Positions 50,167-61,284 of a stretch of 64,000 bases of DNA are shown here, one piece after another (the stretch's first letter is position 1; every line of letters starts with the position of its first letter). Source of the DNA: an uncultured virus (IMG/VR IMGVR_UViG_3300048813_000256). Lineage: Duplodnaviria > Heunggongvirae > Uroviricota > Caudoviricetes. The position numbers and the translations under genes were made by a program. Below the pieces are notes generated by a model, which saw nothing but the letters and a program-made list of their open reading frames with translations, made no database searches and was not told the DNA's origin. The stretch is taken from the IMG/VR virus record IMGVR_UViG_3300048813_000256; one strand, given 5' to 3'.

Positions 50167-51450
50167 GTGCCAGTGCAAAAGCAGCAGGAAAAGCAACGCA
50201 GGCGTAAAGGCGAGGGTTCGGTGTACCGCAAGGCTTCCTCGCCCTTCTGGATTTTGCAGTTCGTCCATCAAGGGCGCGCCTACATCGAGTCGAGCGAGAC
50301 CACGGATGAGCACAAAGCGTACGGCAAGCTCGAAGAGTTGAAAGCGCGGGTGCGCGGCGGGGTGGCGGGAACGCCCCAGACGCGGCAGGTACGGATCAAC
50401 GATTTGTTTCTGTTGGTGAAAGAGGACTGGCATCGCATGGGACGCGCGTCGATCGAAAACGGAGTGCAGCGCTGGGAACGCAATCTGGCGCCCTTCTTCG
50501 GTCCCATGCGGGCGCAGGATGTGTCGAACGACATGGTGCTGCGCTACGTGCGCAAGCGCGAGGCGGAACACGTCGAGGGCGCGACCATCGGGCGCGAGCT
50601 GAACATCCTGCGGCGCTGCTTCAAGCTGGGCACGCGGGGCAACCCGCCGCTGATTCGCACCATGCCCTACTTCCCGAGCTTCGCCGACAACAAGCGCGAA
50701 GGCTTCATGGAGACGGGCTTCCACGATGCGTTTGCGGCGGCCTGCCGCACGGTGCGGCGGGGCGGGGCCTGGCTCGAAGGCGTGTTTGAAGTGGCGTACA
50801 CCTACGGCTGGCGTCACAGCGAAGTGGTGAAGCTGGTGGTTTCGCAGGTGCGCTTCATCAGCCCGCACGAGGGGCTGATCCGGCTGCCGGGGGACAAGAG
50901 CAAGAACCGCGAAGCCCGCGACGTTCCCTTTCACAGCAAGTGGTGTCCGCGGCTGGTCGAGATCCTGCGCGAGGCGGTGCGGGGCAAGGGTCCGGAGGAT
51001 CGCCTGTTCACGCGAGGCAAAGAGGCGGACCGGGAAGTGAAGCGCTTCGATAAATTGTGGCGGCTGGTGACGGCGATGGCGGGCATGACGCAACGCCTGC
51101 TGGTGCACGATCTGCGCCGCACCGCGACCCGCAACATGCTGGAAGCCGGGATGACCCGAGAGGACATCAAGGTCATCTGCGGCTGGAAGACCGACTCGAT
51201 GTTCAACCGCTATGCGCTGCGCAACCCGGAGCGGCTCAAGCGGGAGATGCACAAGCTGGGCGAATACCGGGAGCAGGAACGCAAGGGACGCGCGGATGTG
51301 GTAAAACAGGAGAAGATGCAGGGTTTGGCGGGGAAACATAAGCTACGAATAAGCTACGATCCCCGAAAAACTCCGCAGCGAGCGACGGCGATGTCGCCCC
51401 GGCTGGCTCCTGTAAGACATAAACAAATCAGGGGGTTAGCAGGGAAATGA
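50167..51450 (+). CDS. int: Tyrosine integrase 2
   Basis: RRKGEGSVY arm-binding N-terminus; GWRHSE, SKN, HDLRRT, GWKT, NRY. Confidence 0.92.
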   Translation: MPVQKQQEKQRRRKGEGSVYRKASSPFWILQFVHQGRAYIESSETTDEHKAYGKLEELKARVRGGVAGTPQTRQVRINDLFLLVKEDWHRMGRASIENGVQRWERNLAPFFGPMRAQDVSNDMVLRYVRKREAEHVEGATIGRELNILRRCFKLGTRGNPPLIRTMPYFPSFADNKREGFMETGFHDAFAAACRTVRRGGAWLEGVFEVAYTYGWRHSEVVKLVVSQVRFISPHEGLIRLPGDKSKNREARDVPFHSKWCPRLVEILREAVRGKGPEDRLFTRGKEADREVKRFDKLWRLVTAMAGMTQRLLVHDLRRTATRNMLEAGMTREDIKVICGWKTDSMFNRYALRNPERLKREMHKLGEYREQERKGRADVVKQEKMQGLAGKHKLRISYDPRKTPQRATAMSPRLAPVRHKQIRGLAGK

Positions 51451-51625
51451 AGGCAATGTGGGCGCGTAGCTCAGTTGGTAGAGCAATGCCCTTTTAAGGG
51501 AAGTACCCTCTTGCTGGCATGGCCTGTTTTCTTGTGTTTGCAACGACTTAGAAACCCCCTGACAGACGGAACGTGAGTGGATTTAGGGTCTTTTTGGATC
51601 ACATAAGCTACGAATAAGCTACGAT
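51336..51625 (+). other. attP-like site with tRNA-Lys(TTT) 5'-half core (51460-51498) and arm-type repeats
   Basis: gggcgcgtagctcagttggtagagcaatgcccttttaag with no T arm; ACATAAGCTACGAATAAGCTACGAT at 51336 and 51601. Confidence 0.8.
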
Positions 51626-54327
51626 TTCCAAAAGGAGCCACTTCCCCTCGGGCGTTCGCTGAGGGTGGTTTCTCATGGCTGCTGAGGCTCCCAGCGCCTG
51701 CAAATTCTGCGCGTGTACCGAACGCCGGGCCTGCCGGCTGATCGAAGTCCAGATCTCCCCGGACCTCGACCCGCTCATCCTTCCCCCTGGCCGCACCGAC
51801 GCCCTGGTGACGGCTCCCCCCTTCTGCCGCATCGTTCCCTGCCAGTGGATCCAGCCTGACGTCTGCTCGAACCCTCTGTGTGTTGAAAAGGCTTATCTCG
51901 AGGCCCGCGAACTCGCCGAGGAGCTGACTATTCGGCAGCAGATTCGTGGCAATTTGGTTGATCCCGCCATGCTCGATCAAGCGATCGACTGGTTTGTCAA
52001 TCACGGAACGGAGTACCCATGAAAAGCTCCCGCAACGGCAGCAACGGCCACGGCGCGCGCGTTGATGTCCACGATGCCGCGGCCCACTATCAGCTCGCTC
52101 GCACCTTCACCGAGATCAGCCAGACCGTGGTGTCGAGCGTGGTATCGACGCCCTGCCGCCTGATCGATGTGCTCGAACACCGCGACGAGGGCAATCTCGT
52201 CACCCCTGCGCGAAACCGAGTTCCATGGCAGCTCAGCCGGCGGGGTGAGCGTGCAGCATCTTCGCTTGCGCCTCCACGAGCTGGAGCGGCTGCATACCGT
52301 CATCGGCGCGATCCTGCGGGAGCGCACTTCCGCGGATGCGGCGGATGCGGCGCCTGAGAAGAAGCCAGCGCCAGAAAGGAGGCCAGCCGCATGAGCGTCG
52401 TGATCTATGCGGACTATGACGACATGGGGCACAAGCACAAATGCCCTAACGACGGCGTGGTCTGGGCTCACAGCTCGCTCGATGAGGAGCGCACGCACAT
52501 CTGCACCGTCTGCGGCATGGCTACCTTCGAAATTTATTCCGGCCCCGATCCGGTGACGCCCCCCGAAGCCATCGCCGCGATGCGGCTGGCGAGATCACAG
52601 GTCATGGGTGCGGCGGTGCCGGCATGACGACTGCCCTGAGCGTGGCGCTAGCGATCACTGTGCCGTTTGCCATCTATGCCGTGTGGCGCTGGCACCCGCG
52701 GGTTTACCTGGTGCGCGGTCCCTCCGTCGAACCGCGGTGGCCTGACCCGGAGCCGCAACCCATCAAGGTTCTGCTGGAGCCTTGCCTGAGCTGCGGGCAC
52801 AGCAAGCCTCCCGACGCCGCGTGCCCGCACTGCGGCTTTTGCGGCATGGTCTTTGCCGATCCTCAAAACTTTTTCTCTCACCCCCCCCAGAGCGGCCGCC
52901 TTGTGAACGAGGGGATGCCGGCCGGTGCGAACGAAGCCAAGGATAGTTCGCGGCGCGAGGCTGCCTCATGAGCGCGGCGGAGAGAGCGCAGGCCTGGATG
53001 GAGTTCATGGCCACGGAATGTTGCATCTGCCAGGGCGCCAAGCCGCCCAAAAACGGCTTCTGCCGGGGCTGCTATCACGCCCTCCCGAAGCCCATGCAGC
53101 GTGCGCTCTGGCAGCGTTTTGGTGAGGGGTACGAGGAAGCGCATGCGGCCGCGCGGGAGTGGCTGCAGAAACGCGCCAGCGCGCGTGCCGGCGGGCCGGT
53201 CCAGCAGATCCTACCGGGTGCGGGAAAGGCTGCTTCATGAGCGGCAAACCGTACTTCAAGAAGCTGGAACACGGCGTCGTCGTAAACGGCCGCTTCAAAG
53301 CGGGGCGCAACGACTTGACGGACTTCCCGCGGGTGGCGCGAGAGATGATCTTCCGCGCCTGCGATCTGGAAGCGCGCTTCGACCTGATCGACGCGGCCGA
53401 GCGGGAGTATGACCTGGACAACAAGGAAGGCGCTTGCACGCTCTTCCATGCCGAAATGTATCTGAAAGATCGGCGCGCCTACGAGCTGAGCCCGCCGCCG
53501 TTCAAGACCGCGATGCCGGTGGAATTCCTCTTCCCCGCCGAGACGGAGGCGATCCAGTGAGCCGACATCGCGCCTCCGGTGTGCGCCGCCGGCTTCATCT
53601 CGCGCTGACTGAGCCGACCATCGCCTATCTCACGGGCTGGCGCGATGAGAGTGACGGTTTCAAGAACAATCGAACGCTGGGCATTGGGGAAGCGATCGAG
53701 GAGCTGGTCGCCTTCGCAAGATCCCGCAACCTGCAATTCCGGGAGCCGGGTGTGGTGACCATCGGCCCCGTGCCGCCACGGAGCCACGGAGAGGCAATCC
53801 AGCAACCCGCGAGGGGAGCTGCGTTAGTTGGAAAGGGCGCCCGCGCCCAGGGCACGGGCGATCCGTTATCCCGAGAGTCCGGACGCGACTTCTCTGTGGC
53901 TCCGCGGCCGCATGGCGGGGCCAATGTTGTTTGACTGGCAGTTAACTTTGATCGAAGAGAGGAGACGGGCAATGACGACGGGAGTTATGTCGCGCTCGGA
54001 ACAAGTTCCGGGCGAGCGACTGGTGGTGAATCTGGTGAACGGGCCGCGCGCCAAAGTGGACCTGATCGAATTCCGCGGGGCCAAAGAGGACGAGCGGTAT
54101 TTCTTCATACGCAAGATGGTCTTCAAAGCGCCAGGCAACGTGGACGGTTTCGAGATCAAGCTGAGTCTTGAAGTAGCGGCGCTGCTGCGCGTGTCGCTGA
54201 AAAAGGAATTGGAAGGGGACGGCGATGCCAAGCAGCCCGCCGGCACCGACCCACAGGCACAAGATAATCGGCCGCACGCGGTGCGATCGGCCTCGGCCTA
54301 ACTCGCAAATCAGGTTCGGAGGAAAAC

Positions 54328-54831
54328 ATGAAGTATCTCAATCTGCTCGGCTACCGCGTGACCGACCGCATCACCGGTTTCAGCGGCGTTGTCGAATCCG
54401 TCTCCTACGATCTCTACGGCTGCATTCAGCCGTGGGTCACTCCATCCATCGACGACAAAGGAAAGCTGGAAGGCGGGCGCTTTTTTGACGGCGGACGGCT
54501 GGAGAAATCAGGCACGCAGCCCGTGGTGCCAGTTCCCCCATTTAGCGATGCGGCGGGGAGTCTCGCGCTGCTCGGCTACCAAGCGACGGACGCCATAACC
54601 GGCTTCCAGGGCGTCGTCGAGGCGGTCAACTTCGATCTCACCGGCCGCGTCGATGTGACGCTGCGCCCGCCCATCGACAAGGAAAAGAAAACGCTGGAGA
54701 GTTCGCACTGGTTCCACGTCTCGAGGGTCACCAAGGCCGGCGGCGACAATGCCGAGCGGGTGATGGTGCCGCCAATCGCCTTCGCGGAAGAGGAGCAAGA
54801 ACCGGGCCCGGCTGACAAGCCGGGGCGCTAA
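54328..54831 (+). CDS. Protein with an internally duplicated domain
   Basis: LLGYRVTDRITGFSGVVE / LLGYQATDAITGFQGVVE; GGAGG RBS. Confidence 0.7.
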   Translation: MKYLNLLGYRVTDRITGFSGVVESVSYDLYGCIQPWVTPSIDDKGKLEGGRFFDGGRLEKSGTQPVVPVPPFSDAAGSLALLGYQATDAITGFQGVVEAVNFDLTGRVDVTLRPPIDKEKKTLESSHWFHVSRVTKAGGDNAERVMVPPIAFAEEEQEPGPADKPGR

Positions 54832-55400
54832 GAGTTTTGCGGCGTAACCCGCCGCAGAAGGTAAACCATCTCGACGAGCTGCTGGGGCTTCCCCTCGGAC
54901 GCGCGCCGATGTGATTTACGAATTCGGAGAGGAAAGGAGGTCGCGGAGAATCGCCAGAGCCATTGTCCGGTCGCAGTTTTGCCTGTTTCTGCGGCCCGGC
55001 CAATGAACAGACCACCAGAACCGGCCATGCCGACAGACAGCGGTGACCGTTACCGTGCCTCCGGCTTTGGCCCTGGCTCCTCCGGGATTAGAACGGCCTT
55101 GAATGAACGCAGCACACCCTATCGATCGTCGCGGGGAGTCCGCTCTGCTCTCCGTAAAACACCCCGTCCTTGGCAGCGATCTGTCGATCGGGGCGCAAAC
55201 CATTCGCATCGGCCCGGAGCAATACCTGGCGCTGGTGGACACGCTATGCAACCTGTCGTTACTCGCTCCCCGGTTGGTTCCTCACGTTCAAGCCTTGGCC
55301 GCTGATCTCAAACTTCCCGAGGTCACGCAGTACATCGCCTGGATGGAGGAAGCCGACAAAAAGGCGGCGGCGCGGGTGTCGGGAAGGACTGAGGAGACTT

Positions 55401-55766
55401 ATGGAATCGAGATTGATGATCGGCCAGCTAGCCCAGCAGATGTTGCTGGCAGGCATGACTCCGGGCGAGGGCGCCAGAGAACTCAAAAAGGAAATGATCG
55501 AGATCTCGCTGCAGCAACACCGCGGCAATATGTGCCGCACGGCGCAGGCGCTGGGAATGCACCGCAACACCCTGAGCCGCGCGGTGGAGGAGCTGGGCAT
55601 TGCCGGCCTGCCGAAAGAGATTCGATTGGGACTCCGCCGGTTGCCGCAGCAGAGGAGTTTCGAGTACAGGGCGCCGGACGCCAAGAGATCGCGTAACCGC
55701 GATCGTGCGACTTCGATCATCCCCAGGGAACGTCAGGCTGAGAGGAAAGAAAGCCGGGTGGCGTGA
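55401..55766 (+). CDS. Second Fis-type HTH protein
   Basis: ELKKEMI..SLQQHRGNMCRTAQALGMHRNTLSR. Confidence 0.75.
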   Translation: MESRLMIGQLAQQMLLAGMTPGEGARELKKEMIEISLQQHRGNMCRTAQALGMHRNTLSRAVEELGIAGLPKEIRLGLRRLPQQRSFEYRAPDAKRSRNRDRATSIIPRERQAERKESRVA

Positions 55767-56827
55767 TGGCGCGGTATGGGGACGAGGTAACGAAGTGGGA
55801 AGTGGCGCGGCCGCCTTACATGCGCGAGGCGGAGCCGTTGGCCCATCCCTCGGTGTGGCCGAGCCAGGGCGTGGGCTTTGTCGACCGGGCGGAGCAGGCC
55901 TATAATCGCCAGCTCTTCCGCGAAGGACGCAACCGCAAGCAGCCGGCTCAAGCGCCGGTCATGGGCGCGGCCGAAAACGAACGCAAGGGGAGCGAGTGAG
56001 CCACATCTATTACGGGCGGCACTGCGCCGTCTGCCGCGAGCAGTGTGGCCAGAGCCTTGTCTGCCTGCAATGTCTCATCCTTGACCTCGGAACCAGGGTT
56101 TACGAGCCGCATTTCGATACGATGCCCCGGACAAGGGACTGCATGGAGGAACTCCTGCACCTGCTCACGGATCGTCCCGAGAAGCCGCAGATTCGCCTGT
56201 TGGTATCGGGCTGCACTACCGCAATGAGCCGCAATTGCAAGAACGGCTTGCCCTGGCCGCTCCCCAAGCCTACGAAGCCGGAGCCGCGGGCCAGCGGCGG
56301 AGGTGCGCTGCAGGAGCCTAACCGCACCAATCCGGGGCAGACTGTGGAGCGGGGTTCGAAACAATGATCTCATTTTCCTGCGACGTTTGTACCGAACCTT
56401 GCGCCGGCGACGGCGCTGCGCGGCGTCCCTGCGTGCTGATCGAGCGCGCTGCCATGCTGCTGATTTCGAACGGCCGCTGGGTCAAGGGAATCACCATCAT
56501 GGGGTGGGACGATGCCGCGGCCGGCACGGGCCGCTATCATCACGTCCACGCGGACAAGTGCCTGCCCACATGGATCTCGCGCAACGCGCAAGGCGCGCTG
56601 CAGAATGCGCTCGAAGCGGTGGCCACGTATTCGGGGAAACCGGATCAGTTGCCGCTGGCCAGTGAGGGCTATGAAAAGACATTGCAGGACGCATGGCCTA
56701 AGGGCACGCCGCGCAGAGATCGCGGACGCGGGGCTGCTTCGCGGCCGCGTTCGGCGGCGCTGGCGCTGGACTAGCGACTTTTCAATTGCGGATTTGTTGT
56801 AAATCTAATTTGTGAGGATGAAGGATC

Positions 56828-57610
56828 ATGGCAAAGTTGCACGAGCTGCTGGCGGTTGAATCGAATCTCTCCACGCAAGCCAACAAGACGCGCGGAGAGC
56901 TAATTGAAACCTTCCACAAGAAGCGCCACCTGTTCGAGGAAAAAAGAGTGACGTTCACTCCCAACTCCGAGAACGCCCAGGCGGTGACGGAAACGCAGTC
57001 CGATATCCAGTCGACGGTGCTGAAAGAGATCACATGGATTACGGGCGTGATGGCGAAGGCCTGGGACGTGGCCCACCAAGTCGACGTCGCGAACACCGAG
57101 GCGATTGCCGACGTGGTGACCGAAGATGGATCCACGCTGCTCACCGGAATTCCGGCCACGTCGCTGCTGCAACTGGAAAAGCGGATCAAAGAAGTCTCGG
57201 ACCTGGTGGCGGCGATTCCCACGCTGGACCCGGCCAAAGGCTTTCAGCCGGACACACAGCGCGGGAAGGGCATCTACCAGGCGCGGCTGGTCAACAAGAC
57301 GAGAACTAAGAAAGAGCCGAAAGTTCTCGAGCTGGCGCCGGCCACCAAGGAACATCCGCGGCAGACGCAGGTCTACAACGAGGACGTTCCGGTGGGCGCG
57401 ATCCAAGAGCTGGAATGGTCTGCTATGCTCACTCCTGCCATGAAGTCGGACTTGCTCGATCGCTGCGACATGCTGCTGCGCGCGGTGCGGAAAGCGCGGG
57501 CCAAAGCCAACGAGACGGACGTGGAAGTGGCGGGCAACAAGATTGGCAAGAAGCTGCTGGATTACGTGTTTCAGCCGGTGTTCGAAGCGGGAGCCCAGCA
57601 GTCAGCCTAA
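56828..57610 (+). CDS. Coiled-coil protein of unknown function (possibly DUF7873-like, unverified)
   Basis: MAKLHELLAVE, PATSLLQLEK, IPTLDPA, RTKK.PKV..LAPATKEHP.Q, AVRKARAKAN. Confidence 0.8.
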   Translation: MAKLHELLAVESNLSTQANKTRGELIETFHKKRHLFEEKRVTFTPNSENAQAVTETQSDIQSTVLKEITWITGVMAKAWDVAHQVDVANTEAIADVVTEDGSTLLTGIPATSLLQLEKRIKEVSDLVAAIPTLDPAKGFQPDTQRGKGIYQARLVNKTRTKKEPKVLELAPATKEHPRQTQVYNEDVPVGAIQELEWSAMLTPAMKSDLLDRCDMLLRAVRKARAKANETDVEVAGNKIGKKLLDYVFQPVFEAGAQQSA

Positions 57611-57994
57611 CGAGTGGGGTGACCCGCAAGGGTTATCCAGATTCAGGGTGCGGCTCAGACTCAGGATGAAGAGGGCGCTGGAAGGCGCTCTGGTCAGGCT
57701 ATCACCCCGAAGGATCACAGCAGGAAAGGCGGCAACGGACGTGCAAATTCTAGAAATGGTGCGCGTGGGTTCGAATCCCACCGCCGGCCCCAAAAACAAA
57801 TGCCGGCGTAGCTCAGTGGTAGAGCAGCCAGATCAGGGTGGAGTTTGTAGCGGGCCGGGAAGCGCCGATGTCAGACTGCGACCTACTGTCATAGCTCATT
57901 GGCAGAGCACCTGACTCATAATCAGGAGGTAGGCGGTTCGACTCCGCCTGACTCGACAGGGGGCTGGCTGCAGGCACGCGGCTGGCCCCCGACA
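57611..57994 (+). ncRNA. ~380-nt structured RNA with a permuted tRNA-like module and a CAT-anticodon tRNA-like module
   Basis: T arm, loop-closed acceptor, D arm at 57757-57830; cloverleaf without CCA at 57885-57959; flanking hairpins. Confidence 0.75.
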
Positions 57995-59411
57995 ATTTGC
58001 GGAGGCGCGCGATGGAGAATGGAAAGTTCGTCCTGGAGCTGACTCACTCCCAGCAGATGGCGCTGATCGACCTGATCTCTGGCTCTCTGCGCTGCCGATG
58101 CGACGGCCGCGTGGAAGAGTACGTCGACTGTTCCCAGCAACCCTCCGTGGTTACCACGCCGGGCCAACTGCTGCGGCTGGTTTCGGAGGCGAAACCCGTG
58201 CCAAACGGGGAGAATGCCCGCCAAACGGCATAAGTGGCGAGGCTGGTTCGCCACGAATTCCGGGGCAGCACTTTCGTAACCTGTTATACTCGGCGAAAAA
58301 CAGGAAGAATCTGGGTCGCGACCCGGTTCAACGCATACGTTCTTCCTGTGGCTTCATCCTTCCTGTTGCTCCTGTCGCTGAAAGCTGAAAGCTAGGTAAG
58401 AGCCGGTCGCCTCCCGAATGGGCGGCGTCGACGCCCCGGCAACCCAAGGCGCATCTCTGGCGCTACCCGTCCGTCCACGGGCATCTCCGCTTCAACTCCT
58501 GAAAAATCCTATGAATCCCCATCAATGCAATCGTGATTGCCGAAGGCACGGGTGCGCCCACCTGCGCCTGGGAAAGCGGGAGCGTCTCGCCCTCGCCCTA
58601 GCGACCGCGGCCACCGCTCCGGCGGTTACCGGCGTGCCCCTGTTCTACATCGATCAGAACCAGAGCCTTCCCACGCCTTATTCGGTGACCCAGGCGCAGG
58701 CCGATGCCATGAAAGCGGCGGGACGCGGGCGCTACATCAACCGCTGCAAGGCGTTCCAGCTCTGCGAGCTGGCGCCGGTGTCGCCGCGGTTCACTCCCAG
58801 CCAGACTCCGGACAGCGCGGCCAGCATTTCGCTGGCGGAGATGGAAGCGAACGTGGGCATCGCGGGCGATCTCAAAGACTGGCGCGAGGAAGCGCCGGCG
58901 CCGCGGCATTTGGTGCAGCGCGCGCAACAGAAAGTGAAAGCCATCGGACGTCGCGAGAAAGACACGTTCGACGACAAGGCCACGCTGGCCTTCGGCGGGC
59001 ACGCTTATGCGGACCGCTGGAAAGCATTTTCTTCGCGCGGATCTTATCTGGCTCCTGCCACCAGCGATGCGCCGCCGGACGCTCGTCGAGATAGCGTGGC
59101 GAATCCTCGCCCTGGCGATGACAGCCGGCCCTCAGCGGTGTGTGAGTAAGATGTGTCTCCCAAGAAGGCTAACAGCAGCTCCGGGCCGCCGGCGGGACGT
59201 TTCCGAACTCCGCCGGGCTGCACGTTCATGGGATGGTGTATGGCCGCGGTCGACGTCGCGTTTCTCAGAGCTACGCCAGGGGGAAGCGATCTCTCCAGTG
59301 AAATGCTGCTGATGCTGGCGCTAGTGGTCTACAACGATTACGGACTGTTCCCGACGCCGGCGCCGCCGGCGAAGCGGTTGGGTTCCGAACTGGGCACGAT
59401 TCCGGGGGCGA

Positions 59412-59509
59412 AACAGCCATAGAACCGCCAGAGGCGGGTTTCCCCGCCTGTGCGCTCAATCAAATAGCGGTGGGTTTGGCTAGAGCATCGGATTCGAAAT
59501 CCGATGCAC
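59412..59509. repeat. 98-bp dispersed imperfect repeat, copy B
   Basis: Colinear with 16360-16457. Confidence 0.8.
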
Positions 59510-59534
59510 GTACGACTCAAAAAGCAGGTAAGCC

Positions 59535-59876
59535 ATGGATTTGGATCCCAAACCGGTTCCCGAGAGCACGAACCCCGACCGCAAGAATCAGTATCGGGAC
59601 TCTTCTCCCGCGGTGCTGCGCGACCAGCTCAACGAGAACTGGCGGCAACTTCGAATTCTCAGCGCGGCCGTTGGCGACCGCGACAGGATCATTGCCTCGC
59701 AGCATTTGTCGATCAGCGAGCGCGATACCACCATCAAGCTGCTGAACAGCCGGCTGAGCTACAGCAAGATCCGCGTGGCGCTGCTCTACGCGCTGGTGGG
59801 CGGCGCCGCGGCCAAAGGCGCGGAAGTCGGTATCCTGGCGCTCGGGCATTTTCTGGCGAAGGCGCTTTTGCAATGA
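59535..59876 (+). CDS. Coiled-coil protein with C-terminal TM segment
   Basis: Hydrophobic C-terminus; coupled to ORF 59873-60166. Confidence 0.55.
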   Translation: MDLDPKPVPESTNPDRKNQYRDSSPAVLRDQLNENWRQLRILSAAVGDRDRIIASQHLSISERDTTIKLLNSRLSYSKIRVALLYALVGGAAAKGAEVGILALGHFLAKALLQ

Positions 59877-60184
59877 GAGGCATTCCCCATCGCCGGGCGT
59901 TGCCGGCCGGCTGGCGCAAGAATGTTGTCTTCCACGTCATCCTGCTCGACGGCACGCGGTTTCGGCATCCGATGCGGACGAAGCCGGGAAGGTTCCTCAC
60001 TCCCAACGACGTGGAGAAGCTGCTGGAATCGGAAGCCAAAACCGTGGAGAGGTTTTTTCCCGGCCAAGAGTTCCGCCTGGTCCCGCTGCGCGGTGGTAAC
60101 TTCAACCTGGTGGAAGTGAAGCCCAATGCTGAGCCTGCCCCCGAAACCGTCGCCGCGGCCGGATAGAATTCCGGTTCGCCGCTG

Positions 60185-61131
60185 GCCACGCTGGATATTT
60201 TTCCCAACCTGCGCGAAGCGCCGATCCCGGGCACGCCGCTGGTGCTGATCAATCCCACGGGAACCTTCCGTCTCGCGGAAAACCGCCGCGAGGCGGCCGC
60301 CATGAAAACCAAGACTTTCAACTTTGCCATGAAGTGCCGCGAGGCGATTTGAAAACCGCTTCTAGCTCTTAGCTATTAGCTCTTAGCTCAATCCCAAAAC
60401 AGAGCGGGCGTCCAGCCCGCGCAGCGCGCCGCAGGAGCCGATATGCCCTTGCCCACGGCAGTGACCCAGAGCGGTGTTGACGAAAAGTTAGATCGCTGTG
60501 CTCAGGCTGCGTATGCCAGCTTTCTCGAAGACATGCGCGAGCTGGCCTCGCCGCTGATTGACCTGCAGCCGGAGTGGGCGCCCGCGCCCGGCAGCGGAAA
60601 AAAGACCATGCCCGAAACCATGAAGCGGGTGTGGCGCAATTTGACGGCTGCGGCATTGCGCGAGTCCGGCAAAGGCGATGTCTGATGCCCAGAAACATGA
60701 GCCCGGCGGTTCTGGCGCAGACTCTTGCCGGCCAATTACAACCCGCGCTCCTGGTCCGCATCGCCTTCCTCACCGAAACGGTTTACCTGTGGAGTGGGCT
60801 GGGTTCGATCACGGCGCCGGGGCCGCCTTATGATCCTGCATCTACGTTTCCTTACGGGAGCGCCTTCACCGGCATCGGCTGGCTGGGAACCATTCGCACT
60901 ATCCCCGAAGTCACCGACGTGGTGGCATCCAATATCACGCTTGAAATGTCGGGGATCCCCGTCGATCTGGTGACCGACGCGATCAACGCCGTCCGGCAAA
61001 CCGCGATCGCCACGGTATGGCTCGGCTTCCTCAGCATGGCGCCGGGGAATCCGCAAATCATCGGAGATCCTGTCCAGGTCTTTCAGGGCGCGCTCGACGT
61101 TCCCACCATCACCGAGGGCGCGGCCACCTGC
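60185..61131 (+). repeat. Near-exact duplicate of bases 1-947 (truncated tail genes)
   Basis: Offset 60184; differences seen only at 61017, 61032 and 61071. Confidence 0.95.
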
Positions 61132-61284
61132 TACGTCGATCTGCTGACTGATTCGGGGCTGGTGGGGAGAGCCGATCTACGCGGCCTACGTGGAATTTGG
61201 CGGGGCAGCGGGAGGCGGAAAGCGCACGGGCACTAACAACGGTGTGGTCGAAACCCTTTTCGGATATCCGGTCTTCTATCAGCG

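Larger units (their letters stand above)
51675..56774 (+). other. Run of small coupled hypothetical phage ORFs
   Basis: ATGA/GTGA overlaps; Cys-rich ORFs. Confidence 0.6.

Noticed and set aside
51460..51498. Functional tRNA-Lys gene
   Set aside because: Sequence stops after the anticodon loop; treated as an att core.
57611..57994. Two-piece (permuted) tmRNA
   Set aside because: No G3-U70 Ala acceptor, a full D stem is present, and no tag ORF ending in AA was found.
60185..61131. DGR template/variable repeat pair
   Set aside because: Differences are not adenine-specific, the repeat is too long, and there is no reverse transcriptase in the window.
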